Source of the DNA: Eledone cirrhosa
Lineage: Eukaryota
Assembly: GCA_964016885.1 (NCBI GenBank)
Contig: OZ024744.1
Span: forward strand, 43,400,001 to 43,464,000
Reading direction: 5' to 3'
Length of the DNA: 64,000 nucleotides
Of this stretch, positions 49,035 through 61,250 are shown one piece after another. The translations under genes and the position numbers were made by a program. Numbering within the stretch: the stretch's first letter is position 1; each line of letters opens with the position of its first letter. A model generated the notes under the pieces. It made no database searches. It was not told the DNA's origin and saw only the letters and a list, made by a program, of their open reading frames with translations.

Positions 49035-50892
49035 CTATTTTGGTGTTGAAAGTGAAGAAAGAAAAGCACTTACCTCTCCGGGTTGCGTAATTTCCATGGC
49101 ATCAGGTGTGTTGGGTGGAGGGATGTTTTGTGGTGGTGTGGGGGTACACGTGTGTGGTGGGGTTGGGGTATTTGGAGTTGTGTCAGGGAGAGGGGCGGTT
49201 ATGTGGAAATCTTTCAAGAGGACGCGATTCAACGGTTTTAAACAGGGGGGGGGGGGGGGCTCACGTCCCGTCTAAATTGTTCTTTTAAGGAACGATAAAG
49301 GTCCAGAGGGACCTTTATCATTTTTAAATGGGTGAAGTTCTCTGTTGAGATAAAGTTTGGCCCTTCGGTCTGCACCATAGGGTTATTGTTTATTAATTTA
49401 ACCAGTTTTTTGTTTTCTTTATTTATATATGTGTATTGCAACGTCTTTTTTTGTGATGCTGTCAATGTTTCGGAGAGGGGAGGCGCAGATTTATTTTTGT
49501 TTGTTGAGGGTGGGGTGTTTTTGATTGGAGTTGGTGTTTGTGTGTGGGTTATTTGTGGTGTGCTGGGTGTGTGTTTTCTTTTTTTTCTTTTAACTTGTCT
49601 GAAGGCTTCTCCTCCTTCTTCTTCAGAAGTTGGGGGAAACTCTTCAGCGCTAGGTGGGAGGGACGTGTTGTGTGGTTGTTTTTTTTTTGCGGGAGGGGTA
49701 GATTTGTTACTGTTTTTTTTATTATTTGTTTGGAATGGGTTTTGTGGTGGTGGTGGTAATGTTTGTGTCGTGCTTGTGGTTGGTGATGGTGGTGGTGATG
49801 TTTGTGTTGTGGTTGGTGGTGGTGATTTTTGTGTCGTGCTTGTGTTTGGTGCTGGTGGTGGTGATGTTTGTGTTGTGTTTGTGGTTGGTGGTGTCTGTAT
49901 TTTGTTTGCTGTGTGGTATTAGTGTATTTTTGGAGGTGGGTGGTGTTGGTGTACTGTTTGTGGTGGGCGTGGGCAATAGTCCTTTTTGGGGGATACGTTT
50001 CGGGCAGTTAGCCTTAACGTGCCCCCTTTCCATGCATAAATAGCATGCTGGTCTTCTCCCCTCTACAATTATGTCTATTGGGGTAAGGTCATCCAGCCAG
50101 ATGCGATCCGGGATTTGTGCTATTCTTTCGGGCCTCATTTGGACTAGTATGTCGAGGCCCATTCCCAGGAACGCATCTCCAGTTGCCTTCCCCATTGACA
50201 GCATTGTGTCTTCGCCCATATCAATGAAGCCAGCAATAGCCCACCAGAAGTCCATTGTGGGCAGCATTGTTTTTACTTTTACTCTCTGTGTTCTTCTACC
50301 CATGTAGGAGGGATAGAAGCTATATGTTATCGATGAGAGTGGGCTTAGGGAAAGCTTCTCCGCCGTTTCTTTGTCTCTTGTTAGAACCGAAATGCTGCCA
50401 TAGAGTCGGTCCTTTCGTATGAAGAGAATATTCTTCATATAGTCTTTTAGGACTAACTCTATTTCCATTTGGCTGGGCTGTGCTGGCTTTCTTGTCTGGT
50501 TCAGTATAGTTCTGTAGAGAACTGTGTTTTCTGCTCTGGCTTCCTTGAATTCTGGGGGGGGGGGGGGGAGTTAATGGAAAACATTCCGTTCTCCCCCAAA
50601 ACAATGTGTTTCTTTGCTTCGGCCAGTTTTTCTCTGGCGGCAGTTAGGTCAATTGGTGTGTATGTAATGGATTGTTTTGTTTTCTGGGCGAAAGTTGCCC
50701 TGTCGTTATTTGTATTATTTTCTGTTTGTTTGTTTTCTGTTTGCTCATTTTCCTTAACATTTGTTTTTTCATTTTGTTTGTTTGTTTCAATGTCTAATTT
50801 TGTTGTAATTATTTTTTGTTCTTCAGACTTGGGGGGGGGGGGGGGGGCGTGGCAGAGCTAATGGCAGACATGTCTGCCATCTTTTCCGCCAT
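49035..50892 (-). CDS. Tx1 ORF1 copy 1, frameshifted mainly at G-runs
   Basis: ATG at 50892 (MAEKMADM), CYLCMERGHVKANC, P/T-rich linker, TAG at 49035. Confidence 0.8.
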
Positions 50893-51339
50893 GCTGCCAA
50901 GAAAGAAATTTTTCGGCAAAAATAGATATTTATTTTACCCCCTAAAAAGGGGGTAAATGCAAAAATGTTTCCCTAAATAACAGGGGTTAGTGTTCCAAAT
51001 GTGTTGCACTGAAAAATTTATCCGGTACTTACAATAGTAAGGGTAAATCCCGATGGAATAGCGGAGCCGATGTGAAGCGTGTCTTACTCTATCAAGATAG
51101 ATAGATAAATTTCTATTTATTTGCCACGAGGGCACAAAAGAAGGGGACATTTACACAGTGGGGGAGTTTACATAAATCGAGTAAAGAAAAAAGGAATAAC
51201 AATAATAATATAACAATAAAAAGTCCTCAAAAGGGAGGGGGCGTGTTGGGGATTGCACATACCCCCGAAAAGTGTGCAACTCTTTTCGCGGGGGAAGCCC
51301 AGAGAGGAGGCGCTCCCCCTTTCCTCTTCACTTCTTCAC

Positions 51340-54300
51340 CTACAGAACAATGTAGAGAGAAGGCCCATTTACACGGGCCATTCTCGCTTCTTTCACCCAC
51401 CTTTCATAAAACTGTCTGGGACCAAGCACTTCTCTCTCCATCCTGATTCTTCTTCCGAAGTGGTATCGGAAGAAGTAAACCAGGTGATGGCCGGAGAGAA
51501 AGTCACCCGACCTCAGACCTTTCAGGCGCGTCCACCACACAACCTCTTTCATCATGGCTATTACGCACAGAAAGACCGCCTCTGCTTCATTTCTGAAGGG
51601 AGGAGGCGGCTTGATGTTCACCACAGACTCGGCGGTTAATCGAATCGGCGCCACACGCGACAGCAGTCGTTCGACGTAGCCCCACAGATCGGCAACGCCC
51701 GGGCAGTGTACCAGTGCATGCGCAACGGTTTCCTCGTCGCGCACGCATCTGGGACAGATCTTTTTCGCGGGATCCCTGCCCGGGCGCCCGTGTCTGTAGA
51801 GCTTTTCTCGAACGGGCAGAGCCCCCCGGTAACACTGCCAGGCTAGGGACCTCTGGAAGTTGTCCATGGGTCCCGGGCCGAAAGTTCTACCGAACAGGCT
51901 GGCCAGTTCGTCCTCCTCCATGCCTAGCGACTCTCCAAGGGTGTCGTCGCCCCTGCTAGCCACCAACCCTCTATAGAATGTCGAGGTGGATTCTCCACTG
52001 ACAGTCGGGTCCGCTTGCCAGATAGCCGTGAGCGCCTGGGCACACTCGGTGTGCCAGTTGCCCAGTTTTCTCGGTCTTTGCTTCACCCAGGATTGCAGTT
52101 CGGTGAGCGAGACGAGCTGTGGGAAGGCACGCCTCACAAACGGGGCCCACACCGGCTGACCGTTGAGGAATACCTGTAGATGCCGTAGCCTCAATGCGTG
52201 CCTACGCATCAACAGCCACGGCATACCCAGCCCTCCTTTCGAAGGGTGCTGGCAGCAGATGGATCTCCTCACCATGGGAGGCCGCTTCTTCCAGAGGAAC
52301 TGGAAGAGCATGCGTTCCATGATGGTGAGCTTTTCCTTGGGGCAAGGCACGACGGTCAGGCGGTAGTAGATGACGGACGCTATGTAAGCGTTCGTCACCT
52401 CCGCCCGACCTTTCAGTGATAGTTTGCACTTGGCCCACTTCTGGGTCAGCGCAAACACCCTGCTCGTCACCTCGCCCCAATTCTTCTCCACCTGGAGGTC
52501 CGGTCCGAACCAGACCCCGAGCAGCTTCACCGGGCCCTCCGTCCACCGCCCGACGACACCGTCTAACGGCATCGGTTTGCCCCTCCACGTTCCGAGTTGC
52601 AAACCGACTGACTTGTCCTGGTTCAGCTTAGCCCCCGTCAGCCTTTCGTATTCCTCCAGTAGGGTGGCGATCGCCCCGATTTCCGAGGCGTCCGCCACCA
52701 TTACTGTTACGTCGTCGGCATAGGCCGAGACCGCTTTGTGCAATCCCGGTTCCAGGGGTATGCCCCGCAGCCACTCCAACTTCCGCAGCAGTGGCTCGAG
52801 AGTCAATACGTACAGAAGGGAGGAGAGGGGCACCCTTGTCTGATGGATCGGGTGATTTGAAACGGCTCCGAGAGGTAGCCGTTTACTTTAATCCTAGAGT
52901 AGATGTTGCCACTGTGCATGGCAGAAATCCAGCCCCTGAAAACGGGTTCGAAGCCCGCCGCCGCTAGCACCGCATCCAGGTAACCATGGTCGACCCTATC
53001 GAACGCCTTAGATTGATCCAAGTTGATCAGGGCCCCACCAAAGCCGGGTTCGTAGCCAACCCTCTCTATGATGTATCGCATGAGGTGGAGGTTGTCGTGA
53101 ATGGACCTGGACGGGATAGCGCATGTCTGCGCGTCTCCCACCAAACCACCCACCACAAGCGCCAACCTCTTCGCCAACACCTTGGCCAAAATCTGTAACT
53201 CTGCATTCAGCAGAGTTATGGGCCTAAAGTTACTTAAGTCGTCCCCCTTGCTCTCGTCCTTCCTCACTAGCGTGACCACGCCCTTGGTCACAGAACAGGG
53301 AATTCTCCCGTTCTGTTGCCAGTTGCAATAGACAGCCTCGAGGAGTTCGGAGAACAAGACCGGCATAGCTAAATAAAGTTCGTATGGTAGACCATCGAGA
53401 CCCGGGGATTTGCGTCTGCTGCATTGGCTGAGCGCTTCCCCGATTTCAGTGGCTGTGATTGGCCTTTCGCAGCACTCCGCTTCGCCGCTCGAAAGACGCG
53501 GTAGACCGTCGAGGTATGGACCGAAGTCCACATCCCCGTCCGGCCCCCCGCCACCTCCGAACAGTCGAGCAAAGTGCCTTTGAAAGGTCTCGCACATTCG
53601 CTCAGGTTCAAGGATCACCCGTCCATCCTGGTCTCGCAAAGACCGAATGGTGGATTTAATCCCACTCTTGGCTTCTGTCACGCGGGCCCAGCTAACAGCT
53701 TTGGTCCCCTCGTTTCCTAAAGCACGTATTTTACTTCGGACAACGCAGCCTTCGTGCTTCGCGTCAAAGAACTGGCTCAATGCCGTTCTCGTCGCTAACA
53801 CTCTGGCTACGTCTCCGCTCCTAATCGCCTCTTCTAGTTTATCTGTTAACTCCCTTTCCCTCCTATTTCTATTCGCCGCTAGTTCCTTACTGTAACCTAT
53901 CGAACTTACTCTAATCTCTCTCTTTAGAGATATCCACCACCTACTGTTGACGATCGCTCCCGTCAACCGCATCTTAACTAAGCTACTAATCCGGTTTCTG
54001 TAATCTTTCTTTGTCGGTAAGGACAAGTTCATCTTCCAGTAACCGGGACCCTGTCTATGCGTTCTATCAAGGTTGACCACGCAGGTCACTAATTTGTGAT
54101 CTGAATAGCCAACCATGATCAGTTCTGGACAACTAAATACGTCCCTATCCTTACTCCTAACCAAAAACCTATCTAGGTACGATCTAGATTGTCCACTGCG
54201 GTTTGCCCAGGTCCAGGTTGGCGCAGTTGGACAATCTAGTCGAAATCTATCGACCAGGTCGAATCGATCGAGTAACCCCTTGAGGCTGCTACACCCCCCT

Positions 54301-54775
54301 CTATCGGGACATGCCCCTGCATAGTCCCAACGCGCATCTAGGATTCCATTCCAGTCCCCCACTAAAAGCAGGGAACGCGACGTTCCTAGAAAAGTCTCCA
54401 GACGCTGGAAGAAGTCGGCTCTTTCCGCCCCGAAGGGAGCATAAAGACCGACCAGTCTGAAAGCCCCGCCTTCACCGCCTCCGACGTCCAGCACCAGTAA
54501 TCGACCCCCCGGGTCCGAGTGAACAATCTGTACGTCGAGAGTCAGACGTTTATCCAGCAGTACGGCAGCTCCCCCCCCCCCCCCCCGCCTCCGGGTTGAC
54601 AGAGAGATGCGTGCATCTCAAAGTCATCGAAGGCGGGCGCCAGCTGTCTCACGCTGCTGATCCGACTCTCGCAAACAACCATCACATCTATACTTTGTGA
54701 CCTGAGGTCACTTAGAAGCTTTGCTTGCTTCCAAGCTGAGCCCAGGCCACGCGCGTTCAAACAGCCAACTCTCAA
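51340..54775 (-). CDS. Tx1 ORF2 copy 2; frameshifts at the C-run ~54570 and G-run ~52830
   Basis: Same motifs as copy 1; Cys codon where copy 1 has TGA. Confidence 0.9.
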
Positions 54776-54780
54776 TTGAT

Positions 54781-56613
54781 CTATTTTGGTGTTGAAAGTG
54801 AAGAAAGAAAAGCACTTACCTCTCCGGGTTGTGTAATTTCCATGGCATCAGGTGTGTTGGGTGGAGGGATGTTTTGTGGTGGTGTGAGGGTACACGTGTG
54901 TGGTGGGGTTGGGGTATTTGGAGTTGTGTCAGGGAGAGGGGCGGTTATGGGGAAATCTTTCAAGAGGACGCGATTCAACGGTTTTAAACAGGGGGGGCTC
55001 ACGTCCCGTCTAAATTGTTCTTTTAAGGAACGAGAAAGGTCCAGAGGGACCTTTATCATTTTTAAATGGGTGAAGTTCTCTGTTGAGATAAAGTTTGGCC
55101 CTTCGGTCTGCACCATAGGGTTATTGTTTATTAATTTAACCAGTTTTTTGTTTTCTTTATTTATATATGTGTATTGCAACGTCTTTTTTTGTGATGCTGT
55201 CAATGTTTCGGAGAGGGGAGGCGCAGATTTATTTTTGTTTATTGAGGGTGGGGTGTTTTTGATTGGAGTTGGTGTTTGTGTGTGGGTTATTTGTGGTGTG
55301 CTGGGTGTGTGTTTTCTTTTTTTTCTTTTAACTTGTCTGAAGGCTTCTCCTCCTTCTTCTTCAGAAGTTGGGGGAAACTCTTCAGCGCTAGGTGGGAGGG
55401 ACGTGTTGTGTGGTTGTTTTTTTTTTGCGGGAGGGGTAGATTTGTTACTGTTTTTTTTATTATTTGTTTGGAATGGGTTTTGTGGTGGTGGTGGTAATGT
55501 TTGTGTCGTGCTTGTGGTTGGTGATGGTGGTGGTGATGTTTGTGTTGTGGTTTGTGGTGGTGATTTTTGTGTCGTGCTTGTGTTTGGTGCTGGTGGTGGT
55601 GATGTTTGTGTTGTGTTTGTGGTTGGTGGTGTCTGTATTTTGTTTGCTGTGTGTGGTATTAGTGTATTTTTGGAGGTGGGTGGTGTTGGTGTACTGTTTG
55701 TGGTGGGTGTGGGCAATAGTCCTTTTTGGGGGATACGTTTCGGGCAGTTAGCCTTAACGTGTCCCCTTTCCATGCATAAATAGCATGCTGGTCTTCTCCC
55801 CTCTACAATTATGTCTATTGGGGTAAGGTCATCCAGCCAGATGCGATCCGGGATTTGTGCTATTCTTTCGGGCCTCATTTGGACTAGTATGTCGAGGCCC
55901 ATTCCCAGGAACGCATCTCCAGTTGCCTTCCCCATTGACAGCATAGTGTCTTCGCCCATATCAATGAAGCCAGCAATAGCCCACCAGAAGTCCATTGTGG
56001 GCAGCATTGTTTTTACTTTTACTCTCTGTGTTCTTCTACCCATGTAGGAGGGATAGAAGCTATATGTTGTCGACGAGAGTGGGCTTAGGGAAAGCTTCTC
56101 CGCCGTTTCTTTGTCTCTTGTTAGGACCGAAATGCTGCCATAGAGTCGGTCCTTTCGTATGAAGAGAATATTCTTCATATAGTCTTTTAGGACTAACTCT
56201 ATTTCCATTTGGCTGGGCTGTGCTGGCTTTCTTGTCTGGTTCAGTATAGTTCTGTAGAGAACTGTGTTTTCTGCTCTGGCTTTCTTGAATTCTGGGGGGA
56301 GTTAATGGAAAACATTCCGTTCTCCCCCAAAACAATGTGTTTCTTTGCTTCGGCTAGTTTTTCTCTGGCGGCAGTTAGGTCAATTGGTGTGTATGTAATG
56401 GATTGTTTTGTTTTCTGGGCGAAAGTTGCCCTGTCGTTATTTGTATTATTTTCTGTTTGTTTGTTTTCCTGTTTGCTCATTTTCCTTAACATTTGTTTTT
56501 TCATTTTGTTTGTTTGTTTCAATGTCTAATTTTGTTGTAATTATTTTTTGTTCTTCAGACTTGGGGGGCGTGGCAGAGCTAATGGCAGACATGTCTGCCA
56601 TCTTTTCCGCCAT
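54781..56613 (-). CDS. Tx1 ORF1 copy 2; 475-aa C-terminal part open, N-terminal part frameshifted
   Basis: ATG at 56613, CCHC knuckle, TAG at 54781. Confidence 0.85.
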
Positions 56614-56848
56614 GCTGCCAAGAAAGAAATTTTTCGGCAAAAATAGATATTTATTTTACCCCCTAAAAAGGGGGTAAATGCAAAAATGTTTCCCTAAATA
56701 ACAGGGGTTAGTGTTCCAAATGTGTTGCACTAAAAAATTTATCCGGTACTTACAATAGTAAGGGTAAATCCCGATGGAATAGCGGAGCCGATGCGAAGCG
56801 TGTCTTACTCTATCAAGATAGATAGATAGGTATATAGATAGATATGTA

Positions 56849-57880
56849 TTCTTCTTCTTCTTCTTCTTCTTCTTCTTCTTCTTCTTCTTCTTCTTCTTCT
56901 TCTTCTTCTTCTTCTTCTTCTTCTTCTTCTTCTTCTTCTTCTTCTTCTTCTTCTTCTTCTTCTTCTTCTTCTTCTTCTTCTTCTTCTTCTTCTTCTTCTT
57001 CTTCTTCTTCTTCTTCTTCTTCTTCTTCTTCTTCTTCTTCTTCTTCTTCTTCTTTCTTCTCTTCTTCTTCTTCTTCTTCTTCTTCTTCTTCTTCTTCTTC
57101 TTCTTCTTCTTCTTCTTCTTCTTCTTCTTCTTCTTCTTCTTCTTCTTCTTCTTCTTCTTCTTCTTCTTCTTCTTCTTCTTCTTCTTCTTCTTCTTCTTCT
57201 TCTTCTTCTTCTTCTTCTTCTTCTTCTTCTTCTTCTTCTTCTTCTTCTTCTTCTTCTTCTTCTTCTTCTTCTTCTTCTTCTTCTTCTTCTTCTTCTTCTT
57301 CTTCTTCTCTTCTTCTTCTTCTTCTTCTTCTTCTTCTTCTTCTTCTTCTTCTTCTTCTTCTTCTTCTTCTTCTTCTTCTTCTTCTTCTTCTTCTTCTTCT
57401 TCTTCTTCTTCTTCTTCTTCTTCTTCTTCTTCTTCTTCTTCTTCTTCTTCTTCTTCTTCTTCTTCTTCTTCTTCTTCTTCTTCTTCTTCTTCTTCTTCTT
57501 CTTCTTCTTCTTCTTCTTCTTCTTCTTCTTCTTCTTCTTCTTCTTCTTCTTCTTCTTCTTCTTCTTCTTCTTCTTCTTCTTCTTCTTCTTCTTCTTCTTC
57601 TTCTTCTTCTTCTTCTTCTTCTTCTTCTTCTTCTTCTTCTTCTTCTTCTTCTTCTTCTTCTTCTTCTTCTTCTTCTTCTTCTTCTTCTTCTTCTTCTTCT
57701 TCTTCTTCTTCTTCTTCTTTTCTTCTTCTTCTTCTTCTTCTTCTTCTTCTTCTTCTTCTTCTTCTTCTTCTTCTTCTTCTTCTTCTTCTTCTTCTTCTTC
57801 TTCTTCTTCTTCTTCTTCTTCTTCTTCTTCTTCTTCTTCTTCTTCTTCTTCTTCTTCTTCTTCTTCTTCTTCTTCTTCTT
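56849..57880. repeat. ~1.03-kb (TTC)n/(GAA)n tract
   Basis: Direct reading; only about 3 phase slips. Confidence 0.98.
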
Positions 57881-57970
57881 GTGAGGGTCATGGAGACAGG
57901 GTCCTCAATAAACGCCTTCCAGAGGTTCCTGTCAGAAGCAACAGAGCTCATGGATATTACTTCTCTTAAC
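57881..57970 (-). mobile_element. Probable RTE-type LINE 3' end whose (GAA)n tail is the adjacent tract
   Basis: ASDRNLWKAFIED resembles the RTE C-terminal A.DR..W motif and runs directly into AAGAAG. Confidence 0.45.
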
Positions 57971-57974
57971 ACAC

Positions 57975-60030
57975 GTTAACATACAAACATAATGCCCTCC
58001 AGCGTTTGTTTTGTTCTTTCCTCGACAATATCCAGCTGGAACTCCTCTTTGCTGGTTTCATGACTTTGGTCCTGTTATTCCCAGATCCTGAAAGTTGTTT
58101 CATGATATTGTAGGTAGATTTACCTACAAAACCTCTGGTTCCAACTTCTGTGGTGATAACTTTGAGCCAGAAATTGACTTCCCCCTGGCTATTGTCCCAA
58201 CGTATAATCGGTGTTAAACACGTGCCTTTCTAGTCTGCTGATGGCAAGGTGAGTTGAATCAAAATCACCTGTTTTGATGAACTGGAATGGAGGATGATAT
58301 CCGGCTTCAAGCCATTCTTTCTGGTGATTTCTAGTTGCTTTACCGATTCGGTGAGGTTTGCTGTACACACCCAGTCCTCTGTACCACCCAGAAGACTCTA
58401 TTCCCGTGCCCTGTATGATAGAGCTACTCCTGGCCATGATTTTCTGCTCCCTCTCGTGTAGAAGGTTGTTGGAGATTCTGGTACTGCGGATTTTACATTA
58501 GCTATACTTACCTCATGTACGATCTCCCTAAGATTGTGTTTTCTATGTGTATCTTCCTTGGGCTAGTGTTACTCTGTATTAGGTCAGAATGTGTTCCACT
58601 GTCTGTCTACCCTGGCAGAGTGGGTACTCAAGGTTATTTGATTTTCCCCACTTCACTAGGTCCATGTTCGATGGCAGGATACCATAGAGAGATCTGAGGA
58701 GTAAATTAAACACAAGATGTGCCATATGTCACACGTCATTCCGAAATACTTTGGGTTGCACATTCCCATGTCGTCCACTGGCCCTGTCGATTCTACTGTA
58801 CTGTCTTCTGGAGTCTTCTGGCATCCTCTTCTTTTTTCACCCCCTGTAAAATCAGATCTCTCTTCATCTTTTCCCTAGCCTCTTACCACTCTGCTCATGA
58901 ACCTGAGTATGTCCCATATTTTCTCTGCATCTACCGTCTCAGAAACTTTCCACTTACTGCCTGCCATCAGCTTTCACCAAATCGCTCTCACGACATTGTC
59001 TTGCGAGTCATCAAGCTTGGTCAAGAGCCTGGCTTTCCGACTTTGTACTCCTCAACGATGGCTTTCAGATGTAGCATCAACTTGACCTAGCGACAGTAGA
59101 ATGCAACATCAGTGGGACACCAAGCCACTTGTATCTTTGTTGATTTTGACCGTCAGCAGATATTTGAGAAGCTTTGGGATCAACGTAAACTGCAGACATG
59201 TGTTTGCTAGAGAGGTCACATTGGTCTATGACCTGCAGACTCTTCACCAACATTAGCTTCGTTCCGTTTCCTCTGTTCGTGTCTTTCAGAGAGTCGTCAT
59301 AATATCTCCCGAGGTTTTTGCCAGTACAAACGGTATAGTGAGATTACACAGCCCATTGCTAATCTCTCAATTGATCCAGATGGTTGTGTACTCTTTGGTG
59401 AAGAATCACGTAGAGAACCCATGAAAATCCTTCTTCAGCAATTCCCTGATGTTCTTTGGAACATGATACACCTTGAGAGCTAGTTGGATTATCTTGTATG
59501 GGATCAAACTGTAGGCACTATCCAGATCAAGCCACAGCACATCAACACCTCTCTTTTCAGCTTTAGTTCTTTGGATTACCTCCCAAATCATTGAGGTATA
59601 CTCTAAACAACCAGACTCTCCATGGATGACTCTCCCTTCTGACATGACATATTCAAGTACTTATTCTCTGTGAGGTATCTAGTTATCCTAGCTGCCATAA
59701 CAGAGAAGGATGTTCTTCCTTCAATGTTCAGATGTGTTTTTGGTCTGAATTTGTTTATCCCGCTTGAGTTCTTCTCTTTCAGAATGTACACACCTTTGGT
59801 TCTCATCTATTGGTCACTGATCTTCAAGTTCTTCCAGGCAGATCTTATCATTTTGTGGAGCAACTCAAGGACTCTGGGACATTTCTTGTACAATAGATAG
59901 GGTATTACGTTTAGCCCCGGTAATGATTTACCCTTGCTTTCCTAACCACCTTCCTTACTTTACCCAGAGTTTGGTGGCCTGTCATCGAACGATTCCTCTG
60001 GCACAGAGGGCCACACCAGACGCTGGTGTA
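57975..60030 (-). mobile_element. Degenerate HERO/NeSL-like non-LTR retrotransposon (RT + REL)
   Basis: GVYILKEKNSS..FRP, SCQKG, GCLEYTSMIWEVIQ, WLDLDSAYSLIP, QGQWT.W, EVGTRGF.GKS. Confidence 0.75.
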
Positions 60031-61250
60031 ATATGTATCTATCTAGTGTCTGTATGTGTCTGTTTATGTATATGTAGGTGTAGATATGTGTGTATGTAAT
60101 GTGTATATATCTATTGGCTGTGTACGTCTGGTTATGTATATGTATATGTAGATATGTGTATGTATGTAATATGTATCTATCTATTGGCTGTGTACGTCTG
60201 TTTATGTATATGTATGTGTGGATATGTGTGTGTATGTAATGTGTGTCTATCTATTGGCTGTGTACGTCTGGTTATGTATATGTAGGTGTAGATATGTGTG
60301 TATGTAATGTGTATCTATCTATTGGCTGTGTACGTCTGGTTATGTATATGTATATGTAGATATGTGTATGTATGTAATATGTATCTATCTATTGGCTGTG
60401 TACGTCTGTTTATGTATATGTATGTGTGGATATGTGTGTGTATGTAATGTGTGTCTATCTATTGGCTGTGTACGTCTGGTTATGTATATGTATATGTAGA
60501 TATGTGTGTGTATGTAATGTGTATCTATCTATTGGCTGTGTACGTCTGGTTATGTATATGTATATGTAGATATGTGTGTGTATGTAATGTGTGTCTATCT
60601 ATTGGCTGTGTACGTCTGGTTATGTATATGTATATGTAGTTATGTGTGTGTATGTAATGTGTATCTATCTAGTGTCTGTCCGTCTGGTTATGTATATGTA
60701 TATGTAGATATGTGTATGTATGTAATGTGTATCTATCTACTGGCTGTGTACGTCTGGTTATGTATATGTAGGTGTAGCTATGTGTGTGTATGTAATGTGT
60801 ATCTATCTATTGGCTGTGTACGTCTGTTTATGTATATGTATGTGTAGATATGTGTGTATGTAATATGTAACTATCTAGTGTCTGTATGTGTCTGTGTATG
60901 TATATGTATGTGTAGATATGTGTATGTATGTTAATATGTATATATCTAGTGTCTGTATGTGTCTGTTTATGTATATGTAGGTGTAGATGTGTGTGTATGT
61001 AATATGTATATATCTAGTGTCTGGATGTGTCTGTTTATGTATATGTATGTGTAGATATGTGTATGTATGTAATATGTATATATCTAGTGTCTGTATGTGT
61101 CTGTGTATGTATATGTAGGTGTAGATATGTGTATGTATGTAATATGTAACTATCTAGTGTCTGGATGTGTCTGTTTATGTATATGATGATGTGAATGTGT
61201 GTTTATATAATATGTATGTATTTGTCGTATGAAAGTATGTGTCTGTTTAT
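60030..61250. repeat. ~60-64-bp microsatellite-derived minisatellite
   Basis: Recurring CTATTGGCTGTGTACGTCTGGTTATG, then CTAGTGTCTG..TGTCTGTTTATG units. Confidence 0.9.

Larger units (their letters stand above)
45365..51094 (-). mobile_element. Full-length Tx1/L1-clade LINE, copy 1
   Basis: ORF1 with CCHC knuckle, ORF2 APE+RT+C-terminal Cys motif; bounded by AGATAGATAGATA at 45352-45364 and 51095-51107. Confidence 0.95.
51108..56815 (-). mobile_element. Full-length Tx1/L1-clade LINE, copy 2 (head-to-tail, period ~5743 bp)
   Basis: Near-identical to copy 1; bounded by AGATAGATAGATA at 51095-51107 and 56816-56828. Confidence 0.95.

Noticed and set aside
45500-55783. Numerous plus-strand ORFs over the Tx1 copies (e.g. 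335 aa at 54776)
   Set aside because: Antisense shadows of the LINE ORFs and of the low-complexity P/T linker
56816-56860. Tx1 pair as a Koshi-type (TTC)n-targeting element
   Set aside because: All three junctions are in GATA repeats; the TTC tract starts ~30 bp away and on one side only
56656-57972. 438-aa poly-R/E/K and 346-aa poly-S/L/F ORFs
   Set aside because: Pure (TTC)n tract; amino-acid switches are phase slips
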